A DNA stretch of 64,000 nucleotides. Origin: Eledone cirrhosa. Its lineage: Eukaryota. The DNA lies in contig OZ024740.1 in NCBI GenBank assembly GCA_964016885.1, positions 61,752,001-61,816,000 on the forward strand. The letters are read 5' to 3'. The notes beneath the pieces are model-generated. The model did not search any database. It was not told where the DNA came from and saw only the letters and a list, made by a program, of their open reading frames with translations. The position numbers and the translations under genes were made by a program. Positions 14,057 through 31,054 of the stretch are shown one piece after another (the stretch's first letter is position 1; every line of letters begins with the position of its first letter).

Positions 14057-14423
14057 GTATGTATGTATGTATATGTATGTGTGTGTGGATGAGGGTATGT
14101 GTATATATAGGTGTAAGTGCACTAAATCCCTTTCTATCACTCTCCCCTCTCCTACCGACCACATGGAGATATATGTATGTATATTGCTTCCACCCCCTCA
14201 CTGACCAGCAGCTGGCCATCTGGCCATTGCTAAATCTGACCTTAAAAAAAACCCACTCCCCACAAATAATTCATCATTCACCACCAGAAAGGGACACACA
14301 GCAGTCAACTTGCTGCTACCAAGATGAAAACTACTATGAAAGCCCACACTGAATTTTATACTTGAATTTTCAAATCTCAAATTTTAACTCTTCTTATTAT
14401 TAATTTTTCTTAATATTAATTAC

Positions 14424-14465
14424 ATTTGAAAAGATGGCTTTTGCAGACCCATCGAAACCGGTCAT
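14424..14465 (+). ncRNA. Minimal hammerhead motif, U3-A8 variant, in 3' pLTR
   Basis: Core identical to 9640-9681. Confidence 0.6.
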
Positions 14466-14490
14466 TTTTTATCAATTTTCTCTATATATG

Positions 14491-14524
<34 letters not shown>

Positions 14525-14530
14525 TGTATA

Positions 14531-17507
<2,977 letters not shown>

Positions 17508-17693
17508 GTGTCACTATGAAAGGCTACTAAATGAGGAGAATAAATGGGAGAAAGACAGTCTCCCCCATATCGACCCAATAGAGGGACCAGCAGTGTTAGT
17601 CGAGGGGAGTATAATAAGTAAGGTAATCAAGGATATGAAGACGGGTAAGGCGGCTGGGCCTTCGGAAATAGTTGCTGTGATGCTGAAGGCATC
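17508..17693 (+). mobile_element. Short internal RTE-A fragment, inverted relative to the neighbouring copy
   Basis: Reverse complement of ~16494-16679. Confidence 0.85.
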
Positions 17694-19614
17694 TCAATAA
17701 GAGTAAGATCAAAGAGGGACTTACGGCCATCTGAAATAGTGAACCACGCCAGCACACACGACAACACGGGACCAACCCACTGAGTGAAAGACCCAGGGGT
17801 ATATTAGGCAATAGAACCGGTCCCACTAGGCAGCCCCGCGGCCGCTTGGAGGGACATGCACCCCTGATTGAGGGGCATGTCCCTACTAAAGAGTGTAATT
17901 GCAGAAAGAAGGACAAATGCCCACTAGCTGGACACTGCCTTATCAGGAACGTGGTATATGCTTGTAACGTAACCACAGGCACGTATACTAAGACGTACGT
18001 AGAAGCTTAAAAATACCACGTCGTTAGCGGGGCATATACATAGCTTAAAACAAACAAAAACCCCTACACACTCAGCTGGAGATGCCTTACTAAGGCTCCT
18101 CCATATAGCTCGTTGAGCAGGTGTTGTAGCCTGTGCCTATCTGAATCTCATGCCATAGTATTCTCAGGGCTCAACTTGCTCAACAGGAGATCAGAAATCT
18201 TCTCGTCCTGCCCCCATACCATACTTAGCTCTTTCTTTTTCTTCAGACCGGACACATAGCCATGACACCACCCAGTCCTGCACGTGGCGGCCCCGCTGGC
18301 GTACAGGGTGCTCTGTGGTAACCCCGGCCGCATGGATGCCTCGGCTCCCCGATTGGCGATGGGGACTCTGGTGAGGAACAGACGACCCTGTGTCCCAATT
18401 GCCAACCTGGGATTGGTGGCAACACGGTTGCTGGGCAACCTGGGGGCAGCTGATGCCTGCGATGCAGGACATCGTGAGGGCCTGGAACTACGTTGACTAA
18501 TCTGAGAGGGTGCCGTCGGAGATGTATGTCAACAAACTCGAGAACTGCCTAGGGAAACAGTAACAAAACACCCAATATGGCGGCCGCTCCCTGCCTATAG
18601 CAACTCACCCCCACCCCCTCCCCTAGTAAACCCCCACCCAAATAGATGCCCCCCCCCCATTCTTTTGAGCTGGTTCTTTATTATCAGTGATTAGTTCTTT
18701 ACTAATAAGAATTTTTTTTTTTTTTTTTTTTTTTTTGTATTTCACCACGGTCGACATAATGGGCTTGGAGAGTTGACTCCCTTGAAGTCTGACCACTCGA
18801 TAAGTTAGGGGTTGTGCCCCTTGATCAGGGGTGTGTATAGCTGGTCTACCTGCTGTCTGCTACTACCCGAGACTGGACACGGTCGTAGCCACAGGCCAGC
18901 GCGTGCGCGATAGCATAGAATGTATATTTTCTGCTGGTCACCCCGTGTAATATGATACCCTAAGATTCCATGCTTGAGATTCACCGAAGCATGCGCAGTC
19001 TTAACCGGGAGATGACAGGCGAACTTGAAAATACCACAAGCGAGACCCTCTGGATAACGTAGACGCAGGACCATACCCGCAAATACATACCCTGATCTGT
19101 CTTGAATATACAGGGCTGACGGAATATGGATAACACGACCACCATCTAGGCTGAGAACGACCCATACAGCAAACAAAGAGAGGACAGCCCTTTGCTTTTG
19201 ACCAGTCGCGTGTGGACTTGGAGTTCGTAATATACCACCCCAGTCAAATCCACACTGGTTTTTTAACGATATAGCATGTGGACCAATACATCATGCGTGG
19301 CGAAACCTTGGACTTAGAACCAGCAGGCTCGTCTATCGCGAAAGCGTTCAACCCCTGAAACTAAAGGATCGAACGGACCACATCCGGCAACCACTGGCTA
19401 TTAGATCCACAGGTACATCTCCCAGAGAGTCCACGCAGATAATAGTGAACCCCAGGTGATCTATGAACGTTTAAACAAGACCAGCTGCGCCTGGAGCTAT
19501 GCAGATGACTGCTTACGCCTAGTGGATATCGTGCCTGGAGCTGTGCAGGGGACTGCATAGGCAGAATGGATATCGCGCCCACACGGTCACCAGTAATGTT
19601 CATCCTGTTATATT

Positions 19615-19770
19615 TTTGCAATAATTTTATGATAATTTTGTAATAATTTTGCGATAATTTTATGATAATTTGATAGTTTTGTAATGATTTTTGTGGTAAT
19701 TTTGTGATGATTTGATAATTTTGTAATGATTTTGTGGTAATTTTGTAATGATTTTGTAATAATTTTTAAT
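19615..19770. repeat. Degenerate ~11-bp AT-rich minisatellite (ATAATTTTGTG-like)
   Basis: Direct reading. Confidence 0.75.
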
Positions 19771-20683
19771 CCTGTATCAACAATTTTAGAATGTTTTTTT
19801 GTGATAATACAGGGTTAGATCACTGAAGCTACCTTGTACCTTCTTAAAGATACATTTTATGATTATTGTCTTTTTGCTTATGTATTTTCTTAGTTACCAC
19901 TTTCTTTAATCTTGCCCAACTTGATAAACTCCTTGAATTGCTCCCTAATTAAATTGCTTAAATTGCTTAGATTATTGTACCTATTATGCCTAAGTTGTAT
20001 CTGTTGAAGCAGCCCTTTGAAAATTCCTCGGATATCCCAAATACCGTAATTTTTAATTTTTAACTTTTAATGTATAATTTTCCTCAATTCGTTTTTATAT
20101 TTATCCTCAAAGGCTCTCTAAAATTTTAATTCTTCGAAGGGTCTCTCGGAAGAAGTTCCTATTGGAAATAGTAAAGGGGCCTTTTCTGAGAGATTTATGG
20201 AAGGCTCTCTGAATTAACCTCTAATTGATTAGTTTCTTTCAACCTAGTTTTCAATTCAGTTTTCTGAATTTTGTAAACGTGATCTCGGGGGAAGAAGGTT
20301 TTTTTCTTTCGGAAAAAAAAATTTTTTCTCTAGAAGAAATTTCATAGGAACTCTATATATTTTTTAGGGAAACTTTATATTTTTATTTTCTTATTTCATT
20401 AGCCTCTTAATTTTCTTCTAGACTAATAGGTGTATTGGAGCCTGTAAGCTTTATGCACTCATTGAGGGATTTTCTGAGGTGCTTCTACGGGACCCCAAGT
20501 CTCTTGGTTTAATGTTGATGCGTGAATTATATATTTTTGTCTAATTTTTAAACTTCAATCCCTGACCCCGACAACTAATATAAAAGAGCCCCCCTTAAAG
20601 TGGAGTTGCTGATGTATACAACAATTTCAAACTGCTAGCCTTGAGTGATACGTTGATGTAAACAATGATCTTGCAATCACATG

Positions 20684-20739
20684 TTATATGCCTTGATAAG
20701 TCCCACCATGGGGTCGGACGAAACGGCTGTCGGCAATAA
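20684..20739 (+). ncRNA. Type I hammerhead ribozyme, U3-A8 variant
   Basis: TGCC-TTGATAA-GTCC..GGAC-GAAA-CGGCTG-TC-GGCA; all three stems pair; GUC cleavage triplet. Confidence 0.85.
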
Positions 20740-21536
20740 ACTTGTTATAATGTCATAATAGTTCCTTTGTTCTTTTTCACTAATATTTCTGCTCTGCGTA
20801 TACGCATAGAGCTTAACTAGCTACCGTCACATATTTGGTAAGTCAGACGTGATCATCGCGATTCACATACGTCCTACCATACATCTTACTTATATATGTA
20901 TATATATATATGTATATATATATATGTATATATATATATATGTACAACCCGTCTCATGGTCGGGTCGTTGGCGACTAAACTGGCAACCCCACCAAGGTTT
21001 CTTGGTGAGGAGGGTGACTTTGGAACTCCTGCAGGACTAAAAACAAAACCTGTCAAAGGGCAAAGGAGCTCGTAAGAGTCAATGGCCATCCAAAATCACC
21101 GGGAGAGATGATCCCTTAGCCTTTGTCAAGGCAGAATTCTAGGAGAAGGAAAACTCTGATATAACACCTGCAACCCTGATGGTATCCAATGATGTTGACT
21201 TGTTCTTCTTTTTGGTAAATATCATCTTGGTTAAGAGAGTGGGACTGGCTTTGTGCAGTGCCTTTGCTCACTATAAAAGCTTCATGGCACAGGCATTGCT
21301 TTATATCTGGAGATCTCTCTACACTTGTCGTCACATGGTACCATGGGCCCAGCACTATGTGTCAATAATTGTCACAAGTGTAGTGTTTGTACCAGAGTTG
21401 TCAAGTTGCTGGCTGGACTAAAAAGTCAAACTCGTTCAGCGCATCGGTAGGGGTTCTCCTACATGGATATAAAGTAATGGCCGTACTCGAAAACGAGTTG
21501 GCAGCCACCATATATATATATGTATCTATATATATA

Positions 21537-24076
21537 TCATCATCATCATCATCATCATCATTTTACGTCTGCCTTTCCCTGCTTGCAAGGGTGGGCGGGT
21601 CTTATTCAGCACAGCATCTCTCCACTCGTCACGGTCCCTCGTCATCTCCACTGTGAGCTTCAATGATCTGAGGTCTGTTTTCACCACCTCCGCCCATGTT
21701 TTTCGTGGTCTACCTCTACCACGTCTTCCTTCAACTGGCATTTCCTGGCACTTCTTCACCCATCGGTCATCCTCCATGCGCATCACATGTCCATACCACC
21801 TCAGTCTCCTCTCCCGTACACTACATTCTATCCCTCTCAGACACAGTTTCTCTCTCAACACATTTATGCTGGGTCGTTCACGCACATTTACACTGCACAT
21901 CCAACGGAGCATGCTTGCCTCATTTCTCTCCAGCCGTCGCATATCCTCTGCAGTTGCTGCCCATGTCTCACTACCATGCAGCATCGCGCTCCTCACACAG
22001 GCATCATACAGCCGGCCTTTTGTACGCAGGGAGAAACCCTTCTTCGTCAACAGAGGAAGCAGCTCCCTAAACTTCTTCCAACCCGTCCTTATTCTAGATA
22101 CTATGGCCTCGGAACACCCTCCTCCCATGCTAATCTGATCTCCTAGGTACCGGAAGCTATCCACCACTTCTATAGCGCCCTCTTGCATTTGAAAAATGTG
22201 TCTATCAGTGCGACTTCTACTGTCTAATTTCCCTGTACATCTACTGCATACATATTTCTCCCTACCTGTTAGTTTGCCTGCTATCCCGCTACATCTCTTG
22301 TGTACCCAGGATCTGCATTGTGTGCATTTTATAGAATTTATGCCAGTTCCTTTTCTGCATATCGAACATGGCCATTTCCCTGACGGAATCAGGGTTTTGT
22401 CCTCTTTTCTACTCATCAACACTTTTGTCTTAGCTAGATTCACTCTCAGTCCTCTTGCTTCCAACTGCTGTTTCCATAGCCAGAATTTATTCTCTAGCTC
22501 CTCTACTGATTCTGCTATAAGAACCAGATCGTCAGCATAGAGAAGTTCCCATGGACAGCCAGTCTTAAACTCCTCTGTTATGGCTTGGAGGACTATAATG
22601 AACAAGAGCGGGCTGAGGACCGAACCCTGATGTACTCCTACTTGTATCTGGAATTCCTCACTAAACTCCATTCCTACCCTGACTTTACTGAGAGTACCTC
22701 TGTACAAAGTTTGCACTGTCCTCACAAGCCATTCCTCAACACCTAGCTTCCTTAGGGACCACCAGATGACAGATCGGGGTACCCTATCAAAGGCCTTCTC
22801 TAGGTCAACAAAGGCTAAGTATAGTGGCTTATTCTTCTCTAAGAACCTCTCTTGCAATTGTCTCACCAAGAAGAGGGCATCTGTTATACTCTTCCCAGGC
22901 ACAAAACCAAACTGCATCTCATCTAGTTTGACCCTTTCTCTAATTAGTTGTGCTAAAATCCTTTCTGCCACTTTCATAACCTGATCTATCAGTTTTATAC
23001 CCCTATAATTGCTCCTCTCCAAAGCATCCCCTTTATCTTTGTAGCAATTTATGAGAATACTGCTGCACCAGTCTTTGGGTATGACACCACCATATATAGC
23101 CTGATTGATGATGCGTGCAACCAGTTTAGTGCCTACGTCCCCTGATGCCTTCAGCATCTCAGCAACTATTCCCGATGGTCCGGCCGCCATACCATTTTTC
23201 ATTTCCCTAATTGCCTCTTGGACCCTATATTCGTCAATCTCAATAGCTGGTCCCTCTGTCGGATCTACCAAGAGTAATTTCACTCTCTCCCATTCGTTCT
23301 CCACATTCATCAGTCTCTCATAATGACATTTCCAGGCCTCCTTTTTCTGATCATTCGTGACACTAAGTACACCGGCATCATCCCGGACACATTTATCTCC
23401 AACAACATCCTGATTTGCATTGACACACTGCATTGCAATGTGGAACACCGCACGCCTCTGATCTTCCCGTCGCAGAACATTGGCAAACCTCCTACTCTCT
23501 GCCTCCCTGCGTGCTATGTACACCTGACGTCTAGCTTCTCTCTTAGTGGCTGTATATTCTTCCCTACTCCCACCCTTTTTCCAAGCCTTCCATGCTAGTC
23601 TTTTGTCTCTAATAGCCTTATCTACTGTGCTGTTCCGCCACCAGGTCACTCTCTGTCTGGTTAGAGCTCTGCTCCAGCCACAGGTTTCATCAGTAGCCTG
23701 CAGCAAGTTGTCACGTAAGAAATTCCAGTTATTATCTATGTCATACGTCTCTAAATCGTCTTCTTTTTCGTCATATACATCTTGAAGGGCTTTCCTAAAT
23801 TTGTATTTTAGTGAAAGGTCTTTTAGCTTCCAGACCTTTCTTCTCCACACCTTCCTATATGTCTCATTCCATCTCTTGCTTACTGAGATATCACTAACAA
23901 CTAACCTATGCTGTGGGGTACATTCTTCCCCAGGGTATGCCTGTCCCGCTGCCTAACTAGCAAGAAGTCAATCTGGCTTATGTGCTCACCAGATTTGTAG
24001 GTTACTCGGTGATTGGCAGGTTTCTGGAAGTTTGTGTTGCAAATAGTCAATGTACTCGCATCACAAAATTCAAGAA
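21537..24076 (-). mobile_element. RTE LINE family C, 5'-truncated within APE
   Basis: 774-aa ORF with YADD and PHD-like finger, divergent from family A; the ORF reads into the (GAT)n tail. Confidence 0.92.
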
Positions 24077-24100
24077 TATATATATATATATATATATATA

Positions 24101-24680
24101 ATGTATAAAAATCAATACAATATAATTACCTCATTACCAGAGGTTTCCCGAATGAGGCGAATACGAAAGAAACGTCTTCATTCGTTCATCAGACGAGGCA
24201 ATATAAAACATGGGTAAATACTTAGAAAAACTCATCAAGAAAATCAAAAAAAGATATAGACAAATGAATTAGAAATTGAAATATATAAAAATCTATCAAG
24301 AAATATAGTTTGGTGTGTGTATATGTATGTATATACGCTCACAGATGTGCATATATGTATATGCACATATGTATACGTATAGTGAAAAGTGTGCGTAAAT
24401 CTAAAATTTAGGGCAAATGTATCTGTATGTCTGTAATCTACAGACAGAATAGTTACATCATAAGTATATGAATATGAAGGCGCGCGCATAAAACGCCTGC
24501 ACACTCGTACACTTAGATGCGGAAGTAAAAGAGGTAAGGGAGTGTAATAATTAAAGGAAAGTATCAATCTCGATATATTTATAAAAATGTAACAATAAAT
24601 TAGAAAGAAAAAATTTTAGAAAGAAAAAATTAAAGAAAAGAAGACAAAAAAAGGGTACATACATACACAGACACGCATGT
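24101..24680 (-). mobile_element. Diverged 3' terminus of the 28848-32371 PLE family
   Basis: Reverse-complement similarity to ~31780-32371. Confidence 0.85.
24125..24202 (-). ncRNA. Type I hammerhead ribozyme
   Basis: ATTGCCTCGT-CTGATGA-ACGAATGA..TCATTCGG-GAAA-CCTCTGG-TA-ATGAGGTAAT. Confidence 0.88.
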
Positions 24681-24727
24681 CTCACAAAAGAAACGCAAAA
24701 ATATATATGCTTATATACACACGCGCA

Positions 24728-24778
<51 letters not shown>

Positions 24779-24784
<6 letters not shown>

Positions 24785-25535
24785 TTATACTTTGGGAGGG
24801 TCATGTTGCCAATAAGAAACACATGCACCAGTTGCTTTCACTTCAATTTATTATATATTTATAAATTTATAAATTTATAAATTTCTGGTTGGTTGGTTGG
24901 TTCCACAACCAGATAGTTGTTTATATATAGTCATAGTTCTTTCGTCACACACTCTGTGACCTCTTCAGTGACTGGGGATTCCTTTCTTTGTTTCTGTGCC
25001 TCTCCTTTGTTCTGTCCTACGCCATTTTGTTTCTCTGTGTGTGTCGTGTGCTCAGTCTGCGCATGCGCCACATCCGGGTGTCTGTGTGTGTTTATGTTCA
25101 TTTATTTATTTGTTTATTTACATGTTACTGGTTGGTTGTTTGTTCTATGTGTGTGTGTATTTTCATTTTGTCCTTAATTGTAAGTTGTGATGTTGCTGTT
25201 CCACTCATATTTTCTATTTAATTTTGGTTGTAATTCTTTTATGTTTATTGCCTCTGTAATTTGTCTAAACAAAGAAAGGAATCCCCAGTCACTGAAGAGG
25301 TCACAGAGTGTGTGACGAAAGAACTATGATTATATATAAACAACTATCTGGTTGTGGAACCAACCAACCAACCAGAAATTTATAAATTTATAAATTTATA
25401 AATATATAATAAATTGAAGTGAAAGCAACTGGTGCATGTGTTTCTTATTGGCAACATGACCCTCCCAAAGTATAACAATATTGGCTTCAACACACGATTT
25501 CAGATAAAGAATCTTGCTAAACAAATTCAGAAACG

Positions 25536-25537
<2 letters not shown>
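24779..25537 (+). mobile_element. Fold-back element, arms 24779-24993 / 25267-25481, between TA tracts
   Basis: ~215-bp near-perfect inverted repeats, each with a hammerhead motif. Confidence 0.85.
25287..25331 (+). ncRNA. Minimal hammerhead ribozyme (inverted copy at 24929-24973)
   Basis: AGTCA-CTGAAGA-G-GTCACA..TGTGAC-GAAA-GAAC-TA-TGATT (TGACT in the inverted copy). Confidence 0.75.
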
Positions 25538-26030
<493 letters not shown>

Positions 26031-26084
26031 TGGAAAATGTGTGTAATCCTTGGTACAGTTAGGTATATTAAGACAGGGGGGAAG

Positions 26085-27796
26085 AAAAAATGGCTTCACT
26101 TGTGCTTTCAACAAATTTATTTTCTTCACAAAATCCAAAAAGAATTTTTTTCCTGATTAGAAAATATTTTTTTCTTAAAAAAAATTATTTTATAAATTAA
26201 GTTGTTGGTTGTTGGTTATATATTCCATTAAAGAAATATATTTCACCAATTAATCGAATGGTAAACCATGGAGGCCTGTACTTGGATTTTCAACAAGGAA
26301 GAAGTCCAGCGATCTAGGTTTACACTTCAAGTTTAAATCACCGACTGTCCAGCAACACGTGCTGTATCTACTAGAAATACACACATCATACCAGCTTCGT
26401 CACAGTGGCGTGAATAGGGTTATCGACGACTAGAAAGAGCAGTCAAATCCTTTCAACAGAGTTAGCTCTACAATTAAGGAGCCATATTTATATATCTATA
26501 TCCAAAATTAAGATAATCAAAACAATACCTCCCACGTTAACCAAGAACTCCTAAGACCTACACGGAGGATTAATCATATTGTAAGGTATCTATTTTTGAA
26601 GTTCTGGTTATCTTTATTTAGTTACCTACCTAGCTATGTGTGCTTACACACTTGTAAAAATTATCTCCTGTGATTATTCATGTTTATTTATATGTTAATC
26701 AATTTCTAGTTATTATAAAATGCTCGGACCTATTCGTTAGAATCTTAGAGCTTATTTTGCGGGTGATATGGCGCATGTCTTTCTCGCATGACACCCATAA
26801 TATTGATTATCTTAATTTTGGATATAAATATATAAATACGGCTCCTTAATTGTAGAGCTAACACTGTTGAAAGGATTTGACTGCTGTTTCTAGTTGTCGA
26901 TAACCCTATTCACGCCACTGTCACGACGCTGGTATGATGTGTGTATTTATAGTAGATACAGCACGTGTTGCTGGCCAGTCGCTGATTTAAACTTGAAGTG
27001 TAAACCTAGATCGCTGGACTTCTTCTTTGTTGAAAATCCAAGTACCGGCCTCCATGGTTTACCATTCGATTAATTGGTGAAATATATTTCTTTAATAGAA
27101 TATATACATGGAAGCTTAATCATATTATAAGGTATCTATTTTTGAAGTTCTGGTTAACTTTATTTAGTTACCTACCTAGCTATGTGTGCTTACACACTTG
27201 TAAAAATTATCTCCTGTGATTATTCATATTTATTTATATGTTAATCAATTTCTAGTTATTATAAAATGCTTGGACCTATTCGTTAGAATCTTAGAGCTTA
27301 TTTTGCGGGTGATATGGCACATGTCTTTCTCGCATGACACCCATAATTTTGATTATCTTAATTTTGGATATAGATATATAAATATGGCTCCTTAATTGTA
27401 GAGCTAACTCTGTTGAAAGGATTTGACTGCTCTTTCTAGTTGTCGATAACCCTATTCACGCCACTGTGACGAAGCTGGTATGATGTGTGTATTTCTAGTA
27501 GATACAGCACGTGTTGCTGGCCAGTCGCTGATTTAAACTTAAAGTGTAAACCTAGATCGCTGGACTTCTTCCTTGTTGAAAATCCAAGTACAGGCCTCCA
27601 TGGTTTACCATTCGATTAATTGGTGAAATATATTTCTTTAATGGAATATATAACCAACAACCAACAACTTAATTTATAAAATAATTTTTTTTAAGAAAAA
27701 ATTTTTTCTAATCCGGAAAAAAATTCTTTTTGGATTTTGTGAAGAAAATAAATTTGTTGAAAGCGCAAGTGAAGCCATTTTTTCTTCCCCCCCGTC

Positions 27797-27800
<4 letters not shown>
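26085..27800. mobile_element. Non-coding element: inverted arm (26085-26521 vs 27349-27800) plus ~545-bp tandem units (26571-27106 / 27116-27652)
   Basis: Direct and inverted matches; geometry resembles PLE inverted + tandem pLTR arrays; ends at a TA tract. Confidence 0.75.
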
Positions 27801-28847
<1,047 letters not shown>

Positions 28848-28915
28848 ATTGGCACCTTCCAGCCCTTTTTAAGTCGAGCACTCTTCAGTCATAGGATTCT
28901 AAACCAATACCAAAT

Positions 28916-31054
28916 ATGGACAAATACCCTTTGGACTACTCTGTAAAGAATATCCCAACACCTTCTAACACTCTCTACACGAAAATACTGATAGACAATG
29001 TAGAGAAGGTTGTTAAAAGAATGAGATGGAAAGCTTTGATTCTCGATGGTCAATTTAACACGGATTCTACGGAATATTTTGACATCAAAACTCACAAATA
29101 CCCGCAAAGAGTAAAAGATATGACCGCCTTTGAATTAGATCTAGTTAACCTTATCAACAACATCAATTTTCGTAAGTACTCTAACCCCTTTCAATCCAAA
29201 TTATCTAATGATATTTCTACTTTCAAATCTTCTAATAAAAAGTTCATCTTCTCAGATAAAACTAAAAACCTATATGAAGTTAATAATAATTTACACGACC
29301 AACTATTAATAGATAATATCACCTCTAAATACCAAATAGCTAATATAAATACGTACCATAATATAAATAAGGAAGCTAAAGAATTAGCTTTTTCTTTAAA
29401 AATAGATAATAGGACAGAAAAACTTGCTAAACGTTCTGCGTATATCACCCTTAAAGATCATAAACCCGACTTTATTAATCGCCCTAGTTGTAGATTAATC
29501 AACCCTGCTAAGACTGATATTGGTCTTGCCAGTAAAAAAATTTTAAATAAATTAAATACACACATTAGAAGTAAGTCTAAATTACTCCAATGGATAAATA
29601 GCTCTTCCGTAGTACATTGGTTTAATAATATTAAAAACAAAATCAGTTCTAGATTCACCCAATTCGATATCGTAGATTTCTACCCATCTATTACTCAGAC
29701 CCTTTTAGTGAAAGCTTTAAATTTCGCTAGAGGGTTCACTAATATCTCCGATATTGAAGAGGATGTAATCTTGCATGCTAGGAACACTCTACTTTTTAAT
29801 GATAATGACACTTGGGTAAAAATATCTAACCCAGAGAACCCATTCGATGTCTCAATGGGCTCTTATGACAGTGCCGAGGTTTGTGATCTGGTCGGCCTAT
29901 TCCTCTTACATACACTTAAAGAAAAATTTCCTAACCATATTTTTGGGCTTTATCGCGATGATGGTCTAATACTTTCCCATACCACCATAGGCCATAACTT
30001 AGATAGATTAAGGAAAGACTTAATAAAAACCTTTGCTAGTTTTAATCTTAAAATTACTATTGATACTAATCTTTCCAACGTAGATTTCCTAGATATAAAC
30101 TTAGATTTGCCTACTGCTTCTTATAAACCATACCATAAACCTAATGAAAACTTAAAATATATAAATAAAGGATCTTGCCATCCACCTATAGTTTTTAAAA
30201 ACCTTATCCCTAATATTAGCCGTAGGATCTCCACCCTCTCTTCATCAGAAGCTATTTTCAATAAGGCATCCCCCTACTATAATAAAGCCCTCCAAAATAG
30301 TGGCTTTAGCGAACCAATTAAATACATACCTAACTACACTAACTCTATTAAACATAAAAATAGGAAAAGAAAAATAATCTGGTTCACACCCCCCTACTCT
30401 CTAGCAGTTAAAACTAATGTAGGCAAAAAATTCCTAGAACTCCTAGATAAACATTTCCTTAGAACACATAGATACTATAAGATCTTTAACAGAAACTGTG
30501 TTAAAATTAGCTATTCCTGCGGTCCCGCTATTAAGTCCTATATCCTCAACAAAACATCACCTAGAGAAAATCAAACTTGCTCCTGTAGAATCAAAAGTGA
30601 ATGCCCATTACAAGGTAAATGCAACACCAAAGCCATTGTATATGCGGCTAATGTGACAACTATCAGCAACAACCATCCAGTCACCAGTGAACGATATGTG
30701 GGTATGACGCAAGACAAATTCAAAACGCGTTATTACTCACATGTCGCATCCTTTCGACATCCAGAAAAAAGATTTACAACAGCTCTGGCTAGTAGAATCT
30801 GGGATTTGAAAGACCAAGGCATCCAATATAAACTAGATTGGTCAATTTTGAACCAATCTAAAAAATATGCTAGAGGAACAAGAAAATGCACGCTCTGCAT
30901 AAATGAAAAATTTTGGATATTGCAAAATCTCAAATCACCAAAGACCTGCCTGAACACAAAGACGGAAATTTTTACCAGTTGCCCACACATGAAATCACAC
31001 CTGCTTTCCAGCTCATATAAACTTAACACACTTTCAGACACTTATCCTCCATAA
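28916..31054 (+). CDS. PLE reverse transcriptase + GIY-YIG endonuclease, 712 aa, uninterrupted
   Basis: [30 protein letters not shown], CSCx5Cx5C linker, IVY...YVG...R. Confidence 0.92.
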   Translation: MDKYPLDYSVKNIPTPSNTLYTKILIDNVEKVVKRMRWKALILDGQFNTDSTEYFDIKTHKYPQRVKDMTAFELDLVNLINNINFRKYSNPFQSKLSNDISTFKSSNKKFIFSDKTKNLYEVNNNLHDQLLIDNITSKYQIANINTYHNINKEAKELAFSLKIDNRTEKLAKRSAYITLKDHKPDFINRPSCRLINPAKTDIGLASKKILNKLNTHIRSKSKLLQWINSSSVVHWFNNIKNKISSRFTQFDIVDFYPSITQTLLVKALNFARGFTNISDIEEDVILHARNTLLFNDNDTWVKISNPENPFDVSMGSYDSAEVCDLVGLFLLHTLKEKFPNHIFGLYRDDGLILSHTTIGHNLDRLRKDLIKTFASFNLKITIDTNLSNVDFLDINLDLPTASYKPYHKPNENLKYINKGSCHPPIVFKNLIPNISRRISTLSSSEAIFNKASPYYNKALQNSGFSEPIKYIPNYTNSIKHKNRKRKIIWFTPPYSLAVKTNVGKKFLELLDKHFLRTHRYYKIFNRNCVKISYSCGPAIKSYILNKTSPRENQTCSCRIKSECPLQGKCNTKAIVYAANVTTISNNHPVTSERYVGMTQDKFKTRYYSHVASFRHPEKRFTTALASRIWDLKDQGIQYKLDWSILNQSKKYARGTRKCTLCINEKFWILQNLKSPKTCLNTKTEIFTSCPHMKSHLLSSSYKLNTLSDTYPP

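Larger units (their letters stand above)
9363..14486 (+). mobile_element. Penelope-like element (Neptune-like) with direct pseudo-LTRs 9363-9688 / 14148-14472
   Basis: Near-identical ~325-bp direct repeats flank an RT + GIY-YIG ORF; TA tracts on both sides. Confidence 0.9.
17694..20890 (+). mobile_element. Truncated PLE relic (Nematis-like GIY-YIG end) plus long putative 3'UTR
   Basis: Translates KECNCRKKDKCPLAGHCLIRNVVYACNV (~17888) and CSLCLSE...LLNRRSEIFSSCPH (~18125-18217), parallel to the 28916 ORF C-terminus; hammerhead at 20.7 kb; boundaries inferred. Confidence 0.7.
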
